The notes under the pieces: generated by a model
The model's input: the letters and a program-made list of their open reading frames with translations, nothing else
What the model was told of the DNA's origin: nothing
The model's database searches: none
From: a virus
Lineage: Duplodnaviria; Heunggongvirae; Uroviricota; Caudoviricetes
IMG/VR virus record: IMGVR_UViG_3300033463_000046
Reading direction: 5' to 3' (one strand)
DNA length: 64,000 bases
Translations under genes and position numbers: made by a program
Shown here: positions 60,493 to 64,000 of the stretch, piece after piece
Layout of the letters: each line of letters starts with the position of its first letter
Numbering within the stretch: position 1 is the first letter of the stretch

Positions 60493-61577
60493 CAATAGCG
60501 GAGAAACTCCGCAATGAAATAGATAGAGGTAGATTAGGATTAAATCATGGCATATCTATGGGTCTTCCTAAACTTGAAAGTGTTATTGATGGAGTAACTA
60601 AGGAAACTTATACTCTAATCATTAGTAATTCAGGTGCAGGTAAGACTTCTTTTGCCTTGTATGCGTATGTTTATAAACCTATCATGGAACATCTAGATGA
60701 TGATGACTTTAAAGTTCTCTATTTCTCAATGGAAATGAATGAAGTTAGTTTGTATATCAAGCTACTTTCTATTTATATCTTTGAAACATATGGAATAGAG
60801 TTATCTTATAAAGAAATTTTATCTAGAAAACGTGAATATATATTATCTGATGAACACTACCACTTAATATTGGAGTGTATGCCTTGGATAGAGAAAGTTA
60901 GTCAGAAACTTGAGATATATGATAAATCTTTAAATGCTAAGAGAGCTTATGCAATTCTTAAGACTCGTCTTGAAGCATTAGGAGAGTTTGAGGAAACTGA
61001 GACTCGAATGGTATATCATCCCAAGAATCCTAATTTAATCTATGCAGTAGTCTTTGATCATATTGGTCTAATTAAACCTACTTCTGGTAATCTTAAAGCG
61101 GAAATTGATACTTTATCAGCGTATCTCGTAACTTTAAGAGAGAAGTGCCTTATTTCTCCTGTAGTGATACAGCAAGCTAATAGGGAGCAAGGTAACATAG
61201 AAAGATTTAAACAAGGTAAGAGTGCATTTACTATTAATGATGCAAAAGATTCAGGTAATACTGTACAGGATTGTAATGTGATGATTGCATTATATAATCC
61301 TTTCAGAGATGGTTTAAAGACATATAAAAAGTATAACATTGAAATCCTACAATCTAATTTCCGAAGTATTATGGTACTGAAAAATAGATATGGTGATTGT
61401 GACGTTGAGATTGGTTGTAACTTCTTCGGAGCAATTAATATGTTTCATGAGCTTCCAAAGCCAGATGAAATATATGATTATCAACGTTATACAGATGCTA
61501 ATTACCTATTAGAAAAAGAAGATGAAGTTAAGCAAGTAGATGAAACATCGATTAGTAACTTTGATTTTATTTTATAA
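60489..61577 (+). CDS. DnaB-family replicative helicase (RecA-like C-terminal domain)
   Basis: Walker A LIISNSGAGKTSF, Walker B VVFDHIGLI, VVIQQANRE (DnaB VxxSQLNR-like). Confidence 0.7.
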   Translation: MTIAEKLRNEIDRGRLGLNHGISMGLPKLESVIDGVTKETYTLIISNSGAGKTSFALYAYVYKPIMEHLDDDDFKVLYFSMEMNEVSLYIKLLSIYIFETYGIELSYKEILSRKREYILSDEHYHLILECMPWIEKVSQKLEIYDKSLNAKRAYAILKTRLEALGEFEETETRMVYHPKNPNLIYAVVFDHIGLIKPTSGNLKAEIDTLSAYLVTLREKCLISPVVIQQANREQGNIERFKQGKSAFTINDAKDSGNTVQDCNVMIALYNPFRDGLKTYKKYNIEILQSNFRSIMVLKNRYGDCDVEIGCNFFGAINMFHELPKPDEIYDYQRYTDANYLLEKEDEVKQVDETSISNFDFIL

Positions 61578-61578
61578 T

Positions 61579-62277
61579 ATGGCTGCAGAAACAATTGCAC
61601 TTGTAGGAGAATCTGGTACTGGTAAAAGTACCGCTTTAAGAAATCTCAATCCTGAAGAAACATTTATTATATCAACTACTGGTAAACCACTTCCATTCCG
61701 TGCTTGGAAGAAGAAGTATACACCACTTAAGAAAGATGAGGAAGGTAACTGGTCTGGTAACTATTATGTAAGTTCTAAATGGGATGCTATCATTAAGATA
61801 CTTACTATTGTTAACAAGAAGATGCCTCATATTAAGCAAGTAGTAATAGATGATTTCCAATATGTATTATCTTATGAATTTGTAGATAGAGCGACTGAAG
61901 TTGGTTATACCAAATTCTCAGAATTAGCTCAACATGCTATGGAGATATTAAGATATTCAGAGCAAATGAGAGATGATTGTAAAATGATTTTCTTAACTCA
62001 CTCTGAGAATGTTGGAGACGCTATGAATCCTAAATATGTCATTAAGACTGTAGGAAAGCTTCTTGCTGAGAAGGTAACTCTAGAAGGCCTATTTACTTAT
62101 ATCTTCTTTACTAAGGTGACAGAAGGTGATGATGGTAAGATGCAATATAAACTATTAACTAATAGTGATGGTACTTGTATTGCTAAAACATCATTCGGTA
62201 TGTTTGAAGATATGGAGATTGATAATGATTTAGCTGAGATTATTAAAGTTATTGATGCTTATAATGAAGGTGAATAA
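61579..62277 (+). CDS. P-loop NTPase (Sak4-like or AAA-like ATPase)
   Basis: MAAETIALVGESGTGKST Walker A; hhhDD Walker B VVIDDF. Confidence 0.55.
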   Translation: MAAETIALVGESGTGKSTALRNLNPEETFIISTTGKPLPFRAWKKKYTPLKKDEEGNWSGNYYVSSKWDAIIKILTIVNKKMPHIKQVVIDDFQYVLSYEFVDRATEVGYTKFSELAQHAMEILRYSEQMRDDCKMIFLTHSENVGDAMNPKYVIKTVGKLLAEKVTLEGLFTYIFFTKVTEGDDGKMQYKLLTNSDGTCIAKTSFGMFEDMEIDNDLAEIIKVIDAYNEGE

Positions 62278-62846
62278 TGAAATTGGATATTTTAATGCAC
62301 TATGATGTCGATGAGACAACAGGCGAGATAAAGTTTATTGGTAAGGAAGAAATTACAGTTGACTCTGCTGGTAGCAGCAAGTCATCTACTACCAAGAAGA
62401 GCACTTCTAAAGTAGATGAGAATCCAGAGCCTCTGATTACGCTTGAGGCTAACAAGTTAGTTCTAACTAAGGGAGCAGTTGAAGCACTCGATCCGTGTGA
62501 AGACTGTCGTATAGACATCAAGTATAAGAAGAAGGACAAGAAGCTCGTACCAGTGATTGGTACTGATGCTGCTTTTGGAACTAAAGCAGGTAATAAGTTA
62601 ACAAAGACTAACACAGTTAGTTATCGTGGTGCAGCTAATGATAAGTTAGCAGCTTATGGTACAGTATTTAAACTTGTACCAACTGAAGAAGATGGTATCT
62701 TCTATATGGTTGGAGATAAGACACCACATGAGCCTGAAGCTCCAAAAGAATTAGTAGATATAGAGTCTGAACTAGAGGTTCCTAGTTTAGAAGACTTAGA
62801 AAACGCAGATGATAAAGAATTAGGAAGTTTTGATTTTAATCTTTAA
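62277..62846 (+). CDS. hypothetical protein
   Basis: 189-aa ORF. Confidence 0.5.
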   Translation: MKLDILMHYDVDETTGEIKFIGKEEITVDSAGSSKSSTTKKSTSKVDENPEPLITLEANKLVLTKGAVEALDPCEDCRIDIKYKKKDKKLVPVIGTDAAFGTKAGNKLTKTNTVSYRGAANDKLAAYGTVFKLVPTEEDGIFYMVGDKTPHEPEAPKELVDIESELEVPSLEDLENADDKELGSFDFNL

Positions 62847-62851
62847 TCATT

Positions 62852-63544
62852 ATGGCATTTAATTTTGGTATTGACGACAAACCAGCTGTAAGAAGCACTA
62901 GACAGCAATTAAAGCCCTGGAACATTTACGATGTAAAGTTTACAGGTTGTGAGATTCGTGAGTTCAATGGTAAGAAGGATCCTTCTGCCCACTATAAGGT
63001 ACTCGCTATTAACTTCGAGAATGAGGATGGAGTATTCTCTGTAACAAACTTCTTCCCGAAGGAGGGTGACGATGAGCGTCATTCTTATGATGGTAAGAAC
63101 GGTGGAAAGGTAGAGATGCCTTCTAACTTCGAGACACTTATGGCAATTGTTAAGCAGACCGCTATGGTTCTTAATCCCAAGGGATTTGAGGCTATGCAGG
63201 CTGCAAGTTCTAAGTTCAAGAGCTTTGATGATGTAGCTGCTGCTCTTATCAAGATTACCGATAAGGTAAAGGGTACAGAGACAAAACTTAAGTTGATTGG
63301 TCGCAATCGTGACGGTAAGGTTGTAGCTGAGATTCCTCGTATCCTTGGTATCAACAAGGAAGGAGAAGCTTTCGTAGCTGACAATTATATTGGCAGTAAG
63401 TTATTCTTTTCTGATTATGAGGAGGGTAAGAGAGCTGAGTATCTTGGTAGCAAACCTACCGATATGAGCAAAAAGGATGATCTTGGAGAAATCGCAGATG
63501 AACAAGAAAAGAATGACGATGAATTCGATTTAGCCAATCTTTAA
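62852..63544 (+). CDS. putative single-stranded DNA-binding protein (acidic C-terminal tail)
   Basis: 230 aa ending ...EQEKNDDEFDLANL. Sits in the replication gene block. The fold is not verifiable from sequence alone. Confidence 0.35.
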   Translation: MAFNFGIDDKPAVRSTRQQLKPWNIYDVKFTGCEIREFNGKKDPSAHYKVLAINFENEDGVFSVTNFFPKEGDDERHSYDGKNGGKVEMPSNFETLMAIVKQTAMVLNPKGFEAMQAASSKFKSFDDVAAALIKITDKVKGTETKLKLIGRNRDGKVVAEIPRILGINKEGEAFVADNYIGSKLFFSDYEEGKRAEYLGSKPTDMSKKDDLGEIADEQEKNDDEFDLANL

Positions 63545-63563
63545 TAAATAATACTCCCTAGTA

Positions 63564-64000
63564 ATGCTTGACTTTACTATTGAGCCTAAGATTACTAGGG
63601 AGTTCCTATTATCGAAGGCTAATCAAGAAACTTATATGTCTTACTACCTAGGTATACCAGTAAAGAAAGGATTGTTTACTAATCCATTGAGAAGTGATAA
63701 TCACGTTACTTGCTCATTTTTTACTGGAAAATCTGGAACATTATATTTTAAGGATTTTGCCACTGGAGAATGTTTATCATTTGAAAGTGTAGTGATGAAG
63801 AAATTTGGTTGCAAATATTATGAAGCATTAAAAGTAATCGCAAGAGATTTTGGATATATCAAAGGAGAAAGTAAGCCTAAAGTAATACCTATTCAGCCAA
63901 AATTTGATGAAGAACGTCAGACTATTATTCAAGCTGAGGTAAAAGAATATACTCCCGCAGAACTTAAATGGTGGGAAAGCTTTGGTATAACGAAATCTAT
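63564..64000 (+). CDS. hypothetical protein, 3' end off window (possible primase-like Cys-rich N-terminus)
   Basis: The ORF from ATG 63564 is open to the window end. Contains HVTCSFFTGKSGTLYF...GECLSF. Confidence 0.4.
   Translation, partial: MLDFTIEPKITREFLLSKANQETYMSYYLGIPVKKGLFTNPLRSDNHVTCSFFTGKSGTLYFKDFATGECLSFESVVMKKFGCKYYEALKVIARDFGYIKGESKPKVIPIQPKFDEERQTIIQAEVKEYTPAELKWWESFGITKS

Overview
AT-rich phage-like segment, likely a large phage with a tRNA-rich accessory region. Plus-strand genes are interleaved with tRNA genes and with long stop-codon-saturated non-coding stretches that have higher GC than the coding DNA. Main points: (1) Several structural/lysis-type genes carry in-frame TAG codons and end in TAA/TGA, consistent with amber (TAG) sense-codon recoding. 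A minus-strand tRNA at 2281-2370 has anticodon CTA and a long variable arm. A second tRNA at 38944-39015 appears to carry anticodon UCA and could be an opal suppressor. (2) About 35 canonical tRNA genes are present, plus about 6 atypically long tRNA-like loci where perfect 7-bp acceptor halves enclose 80-175 nt, and several isolated T-arm hairpins. (3) Five or more long structured non-coding regions of 0.5-1.3 kb sit in the tRNA islands. They have dense perfect hairpins and intrinsic terminators, and one has a 9-bp closing helix. They are candidate large ornate ncRNAs (GOLLD/ROOL-like); this is unverified. (4) Recognisable proteins: partial GroEL, Amidase_3 endolysin (recoded), two peptidoglycan-binding-domain proteins (recoded), two AAA+ ATPases, an NfeD-like protein plus a flotillin, an acyl carrier protein, a calcineurin-like metallophosphoesterase (recoded), a PD-(D/E)XK-like nuclease (recoded), a vWA-domain protein, a PurA/PurZ-family adenylosuccinate-synthetase homolog, an HNH endonuclease, RNase H, an SF2 helicase, a DnaB-like helicase, a P-loop ATPase and an SSB-like protein. 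All calls come from reading the sequence and motif memory; no database search was run.
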